Below are positions 27,127 to 38,858 of a stretch of 62,475 nucleotides of DNA, in pieces (position 1 is the first letter of the stretch; each line of letters opens with the position of its first letter). The notes under the pieces are model-generated. The model ran no database searches, was not told the DNA's origin, and saw nothing but the letters and a program-made list of their open reading frames with translations. The stretch is from Patescibacteria group bacterium (lineage in GTDB: Bacteria > Patescibacteriota > Microgenomatia > UBA1400 > PJMF01). The stretch is taken from contig JAHJTF010000002.1 in NCBI GenBank assembly GCA_018830045.1, forward strand, positions 1-62,475. Direction: 5' to 3'. Both the position numbers and the translations under genes were made by a program.

Positions 27127-28446
27127 ATGATTAAAAAAGATAAGATTTATGAGTTCATTCAACAAGAGACGCAACGCCAGATAGAAATGATTGGGCTAAT
27201 TCCCTCAGAGAATCACATTTCGTCAGCAGTGTCCGAGGTGCTGTCCTGTGTTTTAAATAGCAAATATTCCGAAGGGTATCCTAGTCGACGTTATTACGAA
27301 GGCAATCAGTTTGTGGATAAAATTGAAAATGAAGCCCGCGACAGGGTTAAAAAGCTTTTTGAAGTGCCGTATGTGAATGTCCAGCCATATTCGGGTTCAC
27401 CGGCCAATAGTGCCATTCAATTTACACTTTTAGAGCCAGGTGATACTCTGATGGGGCTAGCTCTATCTGGTGGGGGACATTTGACTCATGGTCATCCTAA
27501 AGTGACTTTTTCTGGTAAGTATTATCACTCTGTTCAGTATGGATTGACACCACAAGCTAGAATAGATTTTGTCCAGTTACGAGAATTAGCCAAAAAACAT
27601 CAACCCAAACTTATTATTGCCGGTACGACTGCTTATCCATTTACCCTGGAGTTTGATAAGTTTCGCGAGATTGCCGACGAAGTGGGAGCGTGGCTAATGG
27701 CAGATATTTCTCACATCACCGGCCTAGTGGTGGCCGGCGAGCATCCTTCACCAGTGCCGCATGTTGACGTAATTATGTCTACGACTCATAAAACTTTTCG
27801 TGGTCCGCGTGGCGCCATGATTATGGTGACCAAGAGAGGTTTGGAGAGGGATCCGCGGTTGGGAGAGAAAATTGATGCGGCGATTATTCCCGGTTTACAG
27901 GGCGGCCCACATAATGCCACTACGGCCGGGATTGCTATTGCTGCAGCAGAGGCCATGAAACCAGAGTTTAAGCAATATGGTCAGCAAGTAGTGAAAAACG
28001 CTCAAGCTTTGGCCCGGGCTTTACAGGACGAGGGTTTAAAACTAGTGGGGGATGGGACAGATAACCATTTGATGTTGATTGATTTAACACCCCAAGGCTT
28101 TGGTCTTGGTACACAAGTAGCTTTTGCCATGGATGTAGCCGGAATGTATGCCAACCGCAATAGTATTCCTCATGAGTCATGCTCTCCTTTTTATCCATCT
28201 GGGGTGCGATTGGGGACACCCTTAGTAACTACGCGTGGAATGAAAGAAAAAGAGATGAAACAAATCGCTTACTGGATTTCTTTAGTAGTAGAGGAGGTAA
28301 AAAAATATGAGTTACCTAAAGAGCGAATAAAAAGAAGCATTTTTATTAAAGAGTTTCGAAATAAAATATTGGTTAATGAAAAATTATTAAAAATTCGTCA
28401 AGAGGTGACAACAATGGCGAAGAAATTTCCACTTTTTAAGTGGTGA
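27127..28446 (+). CDS. glyA: serine hydroxymethyltransferase
   Basis: LIPSENH, YSEGYPSRRYY, and the PLP lysine context TTHKTFRGPRG. Confidence 0.95.
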   Translation: MIKKDKIYEFIQQETQRQIEMIGLIPSENHISSAVSEVLSCVLNSKYSEGYPSRRYYEGNQFVDKIENEARDRVKKLFEVPYVNVQPYSGSPANSAIQFTLLEPGDTLMGLALSGGGHLTHGHPKVTFSGKYYHSVQYGLTPQARIDFVQLRELAKKHQPKLIIAGTTAYPFTLEFDKFREIADEVGAWLMADISHITGLVVAGEHPSPVPHVDVIMSTTHKTFRGPRGAMIMVTKRGLERDPRLGEKIDAAIIPGLQGGPHNATTAGIAIAAAEAMKPEFKQYGQQVVKNAQALARALQDEGLKLVGDGTDNHLMLIDLTPQGFGLGTQVAFAMDVAGMYANRNSIPHESCSPFYPSGVRLGTPLVTTRGMKEKEMKQIAYWISLVVEEVKKYELPKERIKRSIFIKEFRNKILVNEKLLKIRQEVTTMAKKFPLFKW

Positions 28447-28480
28447 TAATATATAAAAACTGTGATAAATTTAGGATAAT

Positions 28481-28678
28481 ATGAAAGATGAATTAAAGAA
28501 GACTAGCTATAGACCTTTTCCTAAGGTAATAAGAAAAAGGCCTGCTAATAACAGGGAGTGGATAGAATTGGCAAAAAGGGTACAAAAGTCAATTAAAAAT
28601 CAGGAAGCGTATCTTGAAAAAGAAGAAAAACAACAAAACAATTATTATTCTGGCAGATCAATTTTACAATTTTCTTGA
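28481..28678 (+). CDS. hypothetical small basic protein; possible antitoxin partner of the PIN protein
   Basis: 65-aa ORF immediately upstream of, and overlapping, the PIN ORF. I recognise no fold. Confidence 0.3.
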   Translation: MKDELKKTSYRPFPKVIRKRPANNREWIELAKRVQKSIKNQEAYLEKEEKQQNNYYSGRSILQFS

Positions 28679-29189
28679 GAATAAACACTTATTGCTAGAC
28701 ACATCATTTTTCCTTGATGCGGTAAAAAATAAAGACGAGTTTATTGATTTCAAGAAGCATTGCAAAAAGTCTCAAATTATTCTAGTGACAATAGATCCAG
28801 TGGCTTGGGAGTTTACCAGAGGCACATATGGCAATGAGCTTAGTGATAGACTTGCTGTTATGGATGCTTTAGTTGATCAATATCTGCCTATTAATTTAGT
28901 AGATATCTCTAGAGATCATGTGCCATTCTTAATAGAAAAATATCAAAGAATCGGGAGTAATGTTTCCATAGTCGATTTTTTACTTGGAGCACTGGCTCGT
29001 AAGCACAGTAACGATTTATGTATTTTGACCAAGAATCCCAAAGATTTCCCGCTTTCTTTTTTTGAGTTAAAATCTCATTTGTTATTAAATGGAGAGAATT
29101 TTTTACAAGCTTATGGAGTTTATTCTTTTAAACAAAAAAGCTTTAAAAGTAGTAAAACAAAAAGAGAGAAGGACGTAGTTCCTTTTTAA
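28614..29189 (+). CDS. PIN-domain protein (VapC-like nuclease)
   Basis: Acidic PIN pattern: LLLDTSFF, WEF, IVDFLL and ILTKNPKDF. The only start in frame is the TTG at 28614, so the start is uncertain. Confidence 0.6.
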   Translation: MKKKKNNKTIIILADQFYNFLENKHLLLDTSFFLDAVKNKDEFIDFKKHCKKSQIILVTIDPVAWEFTRGTYGNELSDRLAVMDALVDQYLPINLVDISRDHVPFLIEKYQRIGSNVSIVDFLLGALARKHSNDLCILTKNPKDFPLSFFELKSHLLLNGENFLQAYGVYSFKQKSFKSSKTKREKDVVPF

Positions 29190-29190
29190 T

Positions 29191-30060
29191 ATGTTATTTA
29201 TTGGCGCTCATGTTTCAGCTGCCGGAGGAGTAGAATATACCCCGAAAAGAGCCAATGAAATTGGTTGTAATTGCTTGCAGATTTTTTCGGGCAGTCCTCG
29301 GGTTTGGCAGAAGCCAAAATTAGAGAGTCATAATATTAATAAATTTTTCTCGGAAAGAGAAAAATATGGTGTTCTATCAGTCTTTACTCACGCAATTTAC
29401 CTGGTTAATCTAGCCTCAGATAAATCTGAGTTGGTGGACAAATCAGTAGCAGCTTTAAAGTATGACATGAAGTTTGATGCTTGGCTTAATGGTTCGGGGG
29501 TGATTGTGCATTTAGGGAGCCATCAGGGCCGAGGTTGGGAGGCGGTGCGGGTACAATTAGCAGTTTTGATTAAAGAAATCATCGCTGCTAGTCCTCAAGA
29601 ATCAACTTTCTTGATTGAAAACTCGGCTGGGCAGAACGGCAAAATTGGCAGTAATCTTGATGAAATTAGATGGTTATTGGATAAAGTAAATTCGTTGCAA
29701 CTAGGTTGGTGTTTTGATACTTGCCATGCTTTTGCAACAGGATATTCACTTGGGGGAACATTACAAGCCGCAGAAAGCAATAATTTTCACTCAGAGTCAG
29801 CTCTAAGAGCAATTGAGCGGTTGGGACTATGGTCTACTTTAAGATGCATCCACGTCAACGATAGTCGAGATGAGTTTGGATCGGGGAGAGATCGGCACGC
29901 TAATTTAGGCGAGGGCAATATCCCTCAGGAAGAATTAAAGTATTTTCTTAACAACCCCCAAATCAAGCCACTGCCTTTATTGCTCGAGGTCCCGGGTTTT
30001 GATAAAAAAGGTCCGGATGCGCAGAATGTGAGATTGCTGAAACAATTACTCGAGGACTAA
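29191..30060 (+). CDS. nfo: deoxyribonuclease IV (endonuclease IV)
   Basis: AP endonuclease family 2 motifs: IGAHVS, LIENSAG, FDTCHAF and HVNDS. Confidence 0.9.
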   Translation: MLFIGAHVSAAGGVEYTPKRANEIGCNCLQIFSGSPRVWQKPKLESHNINKFFSEREKYGVLSVFTHAIYLVNLASDKSELVDKSVAALKYDMKFDAWLNGSGVIVHLGSHQGRGWEAVRVQLAVLIKEIIAASPQESTFLIENSAGQNGKIGSNLDEIRWLLDKVNSLQLGWCFDTCHAFATGYSLGGTLQAAESNNFHSESALRAIERLGLWSTLRCIHVNDSRDEFGSGRDRHANLGEGNIPQEELKYFLNNPQIKPLPLLLEVPGFDKKGPDAQNVRLLKQLLED

Positions 30061-30087
30061 ATCAATTTCTCAGGTACAATATAGTTC

Positions 30088-31011
30088 ATGATTATTTTTG
30101 ATGGCGACAATTTAGCTAGCACTTATGAAATAATTCTTAAGCAAGAAGTCGCAATTCTGCGTGCGCAGGGTACTAAACTTAAAATTGCCGCTATTCTGTT
30201 TGCAGAGGATAAGGGCAGTCAGCTTTATACTCAGCTCAAGAGTGAGGCAGCCGCTCGCTCGGGCATTGACTATGAGGTGTTTGAATTTTCTTTAACAGAA
30301 AATATTGAAAAAGTTGAACAAAAGTTACAAGAACTAAATCAAGACCCTGTAGTAACAGGGATTATTATTCAAAAACCTTGGCGTAAAACTTGGGCAAAAG
30401 TCAAAGGAATTAATCAAACCAAGGGTCAGAAGGCAGTACGCTTGGCTTTTAATGCTTGGTGGCAGTTTCTTACTTCTAGGATTGACCCGCAAAAAGATGT
30501 AGATGGTTTGCACCCCAGCACCCTAACTACAGTAAAAGCCAACACCTGGCGGCAACAACACAAAGTTTTGCCTGCTACGGCTAAGGCAGTTTTCACAATC
30601 CTGGATAAAGCTTTCTCGGAGTTAAAAATTTCTCCAGCTCAACAACGACAGCAACAAATTCTAATTTTAGGCCGGTCAGATATTGTGGGCCAGCCAGTGT
30701 TTTATGAGCTTAAGAACCAGGGTTTCCAGGCCAAGATGTTGACTCAAGATGATGTCAGCCAGCGCTTAAATTCAAGTAAGAAACTCATTGACGCCGATAT
30801 TATTATTAGCGCTACAGGCGTTAAGCATTTGATTACAGGCGAGATGGTGAAAGAGGGGGTGATTATTATTGATGTGGGTGAGCCGCACCCAGACGTTGAG
30901 CTTAAATCTATGAAAGCTAAAGCGGCTTTTATTACCCCTGTTCCTGGCGGTGTAGGACCAATGACCGTGGTGAGTTTACTCAAGAACTGTGTTACAATAG
31001 CCACTACGTAA
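30088..31011 (+). CDS. folD: bifunctional methylene-THF dehydrogenase/cyclohydrolase
   Basis: YTQLK catalytic region, KDVDGLHP and TPVPGGVGPMTV. It has an extra ~20-aa segment after IIIQKP. Confidence 0.85.
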   Translation: MIIFDGDNLASTYEIILKQEVAILRAQGTKLKIAAILFAEDKGSQLYTQLKSEAAARSGIDYEVFEFSLTENIEKVEQKLQELNQDPVVTGIIIQKPWRKTWAKVKGINQTKGQKAVRLAFNAWWQFLTSRIDPQKDVDGLHPSTLTTVKANTWRQQHKVLPATAKAVFTILDKAFSELKISPAQQRQQQILILGRSDIVGQPVFYELKNQGFQAKMLTQDDVSQRLNSSKKLIDADIIISATGVKHLITGEMVKEGVIIIDVGEPHPDVELKSMKAKAAFITPVPGGVGPMTVVSLLKNCVTIATT

Positions 31012-31091
31012 AAGTTACGGCGTTGGTTCTAGCTAGTCCTGACTATCAAACCAAGGCCAGTCCCAGTAAGTAGGGATAAACAAGGACAAGT

Positions 31092-31898
31092 ATGATTGAT
31101 GTTTCTCAACTAGAAAATGTTGCCCCTGAGTATGACCTGCGAGATTTATTAGAGGCAGGCTGTCATTTTGGACATGAAGCCAGCAAGTGGCACCCCAGTA
31201 TGGCGCAGTGGATTTACACTCAACAAAATGGGATTCACATTTTTGATTTAGAGAAAACCGCGGCTCAATTAACTATTGCTTATAACTATCTTTATCAATT
31301 AGGTAAAGAGGGCAAGACAATAATTTTTGTTGGTACCAAACGCCAAGCCCGCGAAATTGTCAAAGAAAAAATTCAAGAATCGGGGATTCACTGGATTACT
31401 TCTCGGTGGTTGGGCGGATTGTTCACCAACTGGCAACAAGTTAGTAAGTCACTCAAGAAAATGATTGAAATTGAAGAAGGCCTTAAAGGTGATAAATATA
31501 AAATGTATACCAAGTATGAGCAGACTCAGTTGGAAAAAGAAGCTGGTCGCTGTGCTCGTTTCTTTGATGGCCTGCGAGAGCTCAAAGATATTCCCGATGC
31601 TTTATTTGTGATTGACCCCAGCAAGGAAAAAATTGCTTTGACCGAAGCAGAAACGATCGGCGTGCCGGTGGTGGCTATAGTTGATACTAACACTAATCCT
31701 CGCTCGGTCGAGGTAGTAATTCCGGCCAATGATGATGGTCGTGGCAGTATTGAGTTTATTGTCGATCAATTAATTGAGGCTTATACTAAAGGCAAGGCCG
31801 CTAAAACAGGCAGTAAGAACAAGGCGGACGAGACAGCAGATAAAACAAATATGGCGGGCAAGGCAGCCAAGCCAGCCAAGGCAGATAAGAAAGGCTAA
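31092..31898 (+). CDS. rpsB: 30S ribosomal protein S2 with Lys/Ala-rich tail
   Basis: LLEAGCHFGH, FVGTKRQA and VDTN motifs, followed by tsf. Confidence 0.95.
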   Translation: MIDVSQLENVAPEYDLRDLLEAGCHFGHEASKWHPSMAQWIYTQQNGIHIFDLEKTAAQLTIAYNYLYQLGKEGKTIIFVGTKRQAREIVKEKIQESGIHWITSRWLGGLFTNWQQVSKSLKKMIEIEEGLKGDKYKMYTKYEQTQLEKEAGRCARFFDGLRELKDIPDALFVIDPSKEKIALTEAETIGVPVVAIVDTNTNPRSVEVVIPANDDGRGSIEFIVDQLIEAYTKGKAAKTGSKNKADETADKTNMAGKAAKPAKADKKG

Positions 31899-31899
31899 A

Positions 31900-32355
31900 A
31901 TGGCAAATATTAGTGCAACTTTAGTTAAAAAACTTCGTGAAGAAACCTCAGTGGGGATGATGGATTGTAAAAAAGCTCTAGAAGCTACTGCTGGAGATTT
32001 TAAAAAAGCTCAAGAAATTTTACGCGAAAAGAACTTAGTTAAGGCTGATAAAAAATCAGACCGAGAAACTAAAGAGGGCTATATTGCTAGTTACGTTCAT
32101 ACCAATAACACAACTGCGGCATTAGTAGAAGTTTTATGTGAGACTGATTTTGTCGCCCGCAATGCTGATCTGCAAAAGATGGCTAATAATCTAGCTATGC
32201 AAGTAGTAGCGATGGATCCTGCTGATGTGGCGGAGCTATTAGCTCAAGACTATATTAGGGATCCACAGATCACTATAGAAGAGTTGGTTAAACAAACCAG
32301 TGGCATTCTGGGTGAGAAATTGGTGGTGAATCGTTTTGTTCGCTATGAGATTTAA
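31900..32355 (+). CDS. tsf: elongation factor Ts, short form (151 aa)
   Basis: The sequence from MANISATLVKKLREETSVGMMDCKKAL is the EF-Ts UBA-like N-terminus. The start at 31900 is 2 nt after the rpsB stop; the longer listed ORF overlaps rpsB. Confidence 0.85.
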   Translation: MANISATLVKKLREETSVGMMDCKKALEATAGDFKKAQEILREKNLVKADKKSDRETKEGYIASYVHTNNTTAALVEVLCETDFVARNADLQKMANNLAMQVVAMDPADVAELLAQDYIRDPQITIEELVKQTSGILGEKLVVNRFVRYEI

Positions 32356-32364
32356 CCAAAGTGA

Positions 32365-35541
<3,177 letters not shown>

Positions 35542-35545
<4 letters not shown>

Positions 35546-36273
35546 TCGTCTAGCGTTTGAATGTCATCAAAGGTTATTTCAATATCAGTATCAGTATGTA
35601 CTATCTCGACGGGAATATCGTCTTCTAACATCGATTCATCCACTTCGTTGATGGTAGTATTGACACCAATCTGGTTAGCAGGAAAAGAGTTAGTATTTTG
35701 GTTTTTTTTAGATCGCTTAACTTCTCGCAGATGAACTACACAGAGGGCTCTATCACATGAGCGAATGCGGCAGGAGTAAGTGTTGCCCGATTTAATTAGC
35801 TTAGTGAGTCTAAAGGACAAATCTTCAGGTAGAGAACCAATATAAACATCATCTAAACAGACTGAGATATAGCGATTTTTAGGTTGGAGATGACACTCTT
35901 TGCCAATAGAAATTTTAGTCAGCACATTTTTATCAGCCAATCGATAGAGCTCTACAGATTTAGTTTTTCCTGGTTCTTCAATGAAATACTCATTTGAAAA
36001 AGCAGGTAGATTGGTGTTTTGTTTGTTCTTGATTCTTTTGAGATGTTTATTAGCCAATTTATTAGAGCGGTCAATTTCTAAAACTTGTTTAAAAATTTGT
36101 TTAGCCTTGGCTGATTTTTTGAGCTGAAGATAGGTGGCGCCAAGTCTGTTGAGAGCATTAATATCTAGAGGTTTAAGTTCTAGAAGTTGTTGATTAAATT
36201 GCAGAGCCGTTTGCCAATCCTGTTTTTTAGTGGCGTTAACAGCAAGGTGTTGAAGTTTAAGAACTTGGCTCAT
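35542..36273 (-). CDS. TPR-repeat protein with acidic tail
   Basis: The N-terminal ~80 aa have TPR-like repeats (WQTALQFNQQLLELKP.DINALNRLGATY). The C-terminal domain is unrecognised. Confidence 0.5.
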
Positions 36274-36406
36274 GTATACAAGAGGTAACTACTAAGTGAT
36301 TCGTAACGACGAAGAATACCGTGCTGGCCAATGATTGTCAACTAACAATAAACATTCTACAATTCTGCCAAAGACCGCTAAGCAAACTCAGGAAAGGAAG
36401 ATTCTT

Positions 36407-36973
36407 ATGTCAGGACACAGTAAATGGGCTAATATTAAAAATCGCAAGGGAGCTCAAGATGAGAAAAAAGGTAAGGTGTTTGGTCAATTATCTCGACTGA
36501 TTCGGGCAGCAGTCAAAGAGGGTGGGTCAGGCGATCCAAGTCAAAACCCGACTCTGCGCACTATCTTGGAGAAAACCCGCGAAGCTAATATGCCCAAAGA
36601 GAATGTCAGGCGGGCAATTGATAAGGGTCTAGGAAAGGGCACTTCTGGTGCTGTTTCGGAGATAGTTTATGAAGGCTTTGGACCAGGAGGGATTGGGATG
36701 TTAGTGACAGTGGCGACAGATAATGTCAACCGCATTAGTTCAGAACTAAAGAACGCTTTTACTACGGCTGGTGGGAGCATGGGTGCCCCCGGGAGCGTGA
36801 TGTATATGTTTAATCGGGCTAGGGGTGGGGAAGAGGGCTACATTTGCATCACTCCTATTCCTATTAAAGATGAAAATACTCAACGAAAACTTCAAAATTT
36901 AATGGACTTACTGCGAGAAATTGAAGATGTTGAAGAAGTTCTATGCGCTGGGGTGTGGAGTAATAAGGAATAG
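36407..36973 (+). CDS. yebC: YebC/PmpR-family regulator (short, ~188 aa)
   Basis: MSGHSKWANIKNRKGAQDEKKGKVF is the family N-terminus, and SD AGGAAG lies upstream of 36407. Confidence 0.85.
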   Translation: MSGHSKWANIKNRKGAQDEKKGKVFGQLSRLIRAAVKEGGSGDPSQNPTLRTILEKTREANMPKENVRRAIDKGLGKGTSGAVSEIVYEGFGPGGIGMLVTVATDNVNRISSELKNAFTTAGGSMGAPGSVMYMFNRARGGEEGYICITPIPIKDENTQRKLQNLMDLLREIEDVEEVLCAGVWSNKE

Positions 36974-36991
36974 AGTACAATATCTCTGTCT

Positions 36992-37759
36992 ATGCGACGT
37001 CGTGAGAAGTTTGTAGTTACCTCTGTTTTGTTGAGCTTGGGTTTATTGGGTGTCCAGTACGTATCTCTAGAGTTAAGGTATTGGGCTGTAGGTTTATTAT
37101 TCTTGGTGTCGTATCTCATGTCCGCCTGGGCTTTGGCTGACGATCTTTTGCCTCATGAATGGTTGACAGTCGTTCCTTTTCCAGCTCTGTATGCGGCGGC
37201 AGTTGGCTTATTTTATTTTTTACTACCAGAAAGCATGGCGAGTAAGTTTATTATCTTGGGGGTTTTTGGAGTCGGCATGTACGCTTTGTTTTTAACCTCA
37301 AATATCTACTCAGTTGCCAAGGGCAGAACTATCCAATTACTCCACGCTGCCTATGCAATTGGATTATTATTTACTCTTTTGACCTCATTATTATTTACCA
37401 ATACAGTTTTCGGATTAAAACTACCCTTTTATCTTAATGGTTTATTAGTTGGTTTGCTTCATTTTCCGCTAGTTTTAATGTCACTTTGGTCAATTAAGTT
37501 AGAAAACTATATTAGTGGTGAAATATTGGCTCTCAGTGGCGCCTTGACTCTATTTTTAATTGAATTAGCTCTTATTTTATCATTTTATCCTTTTTCAGAG
37601 TGGAATGTGGCTTTATTTATCATGGCTTTTTTATATGTCAGCCTGGGTATTTTACACAATTTTTTAAAAGAACGTCTGTTTGAAAACACTTTGCGTGAAT
37701 ATAGCCTGGTAGCGGTGTTTGTCACCATAATGTTTGTGATTCTTTTTCCTTATAAATAG
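36992..37759 (+). CDS. hypothetical polytopic membrane protein
   Basis: 255 aa with about 7 hydrophobic helices. I recognise no motif. Confidence 0.55.
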   Translation: MRRREKFVVTSVLLSLGLLGVQYVSLELRYWAVGLLFLVSYLMSAWALADDLLPHEWLTVVPFPALYAAAVGLFYFLLPESMASKFIILGVFGVGMYALFLTSNIYSVAKGRTIQLLHAAYAIGLLFTLLTSLLFTNTVFGLKLPFYLNGLLVGLLHFPLVLMSLWSIKLENYISGEILALSGALTLFLIELALILSFYPFSEWNVALFIMAFLYVSLGILHNFLKERLFENTLREYSLVAVFVTIMFVILFPYK

Positions 37760-37829
37760 ATTTATAGTGCAAAAATTATACAAAAAAATAGGGTAGAGCT
37801 ATGAAAAAAATGGTCATAAACCAGAGAAG

Positions 37830-37840
37830 AGGGTAGAGGT
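37830..37840. repeat. left arm of an 11-bp inverted repeat, AGGGTAGAGGT
   Basis: An exact reverse complement occurs at 38865-38875. A third, direct 9-bp copy, AGGGTAGAG, is at 37790-37798. Confidence 0.8.
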
Positions 37841-37922
37841 TGATATAGTTTGATATAGCTGTGAAAAATGTGGAAAACTTAATACTTCTAATATTATAGG
37901 ACTTAATAATTTCTGGTACTAA

Positions 37923-38016
37923 GCTAGCCTGGAGTTCACCAGGCTTATCTGGGGAGCAAAGAGATGCCAGAAATATATAAAAAACCCGAATATGGGTTTT
38001 CCAGGCTAGCCTGGAG
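37923..38016. repeat. paired palindromic modules built from AGCCTGG/CCAGGCT
   Basis: GCTAGCCTGGAG occurs at 37923-37934 and again at 38005-38016. AGCCTGG-agttca-CCAGGCT lies at 37926-37945, and the 14-bp perfect palindrome CCAGGCTAGCCTGG lies at 38001-38014. The hairpin aaaaccc-gaatat-gggtttt lies between them. Confidence 0.8.
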
Positions 38017-38858
38017 AGGGTTAAAACAGCTAGCGATGATAGCGGGTGTTGAGGCGGGGGTTTGATTTAAGAGAATAATGGTGTTTAAAGCGTTAGCCAT
38101 ACTTCTTCAGCTGTATGCGTAGGACCAAAACTCTTCTCTCTCAACGGAGTGGAGATAAATCTAGTATTGTATTACGTCGCACAATAATACTTTTACGACG
38201 TAAGGCTGGGAAGAACGAAAGGAGGCTCTTTTTAATCTATTTCCTATCTAATTCTCAATATCTGTGAATTTATAAATTAATTCATTTTATTGATAATTTA
38301 TGTCTCTGCTCTGTTTATGAGTGCTATCACTTAATTTTTTCTTTTTTTGCTTTCTGCTTATCACAATAGGTGTTCCCTATCATTTTAATTGATTTTGGCA
38401 GTTGAATGCGGATATAAGACATAGTTGAAGTCGTCTAATGAGCGGAAAAGCCGTTTTTGAGGCATTAGACATGGTTATATCAAGTAGATGGGTAATGATT
38501 TAGCCTGGTATATCAATTTTAAGTAAGTATTTTGTATAGAAAATAGGCTCGCTGGTAACAGCTTTAAAAATCAACTGTTTGCATGTAGTGCGTGATTGGG
38601 GGTTTAATAAGTACTACCAACGACAACTTATGCTCTGTGATTGCAGCGAATAAAATAATGAAGAAAAGTAAATGATGGCGATCTTCTTTTTTTGGCTTTA
38701 AGTTGATCTACGTCCTCTTTTTTCGTTTTACTTATTTTTTTCTATCAATTTATATCGAAATATATCACCATTTTTAAATTGATATATCAGAATTATTTAC
38801 CAAAACTAGCTGTTAGCAAATACTTGAGGAGTTTGCCAATGTCTGATAGTATTTAGGC

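Noticed and set aside
31774-31899. N-terminal extensions of listed ORFs (tsf from 31774, tgt from 33279, htrA from 6733, glmS from 9302, gyrB from 46807, nusB from 61532)
   Set aside because: The extensions overlap upstream genes or precede the conserved family N-terminus. Internal starts fit homology and spacing better.
37760-38858. tmRNA, RNase P RNA, SRP RNA or a DnaA-box origin in the 1.1-kb gap
   Set aside because: I found none of the following:
- tRNA-like GGUUCGA...CCA end
- GGAAAGUCC / ACAGAA...GGCUUA P4 elements
- GGAAGGAAGCAGC SRP motif
- More than degenerate one-off matches to TTATCCACA

Absence by eye is not proof, so a covariance-model scan is recommended in the findings.
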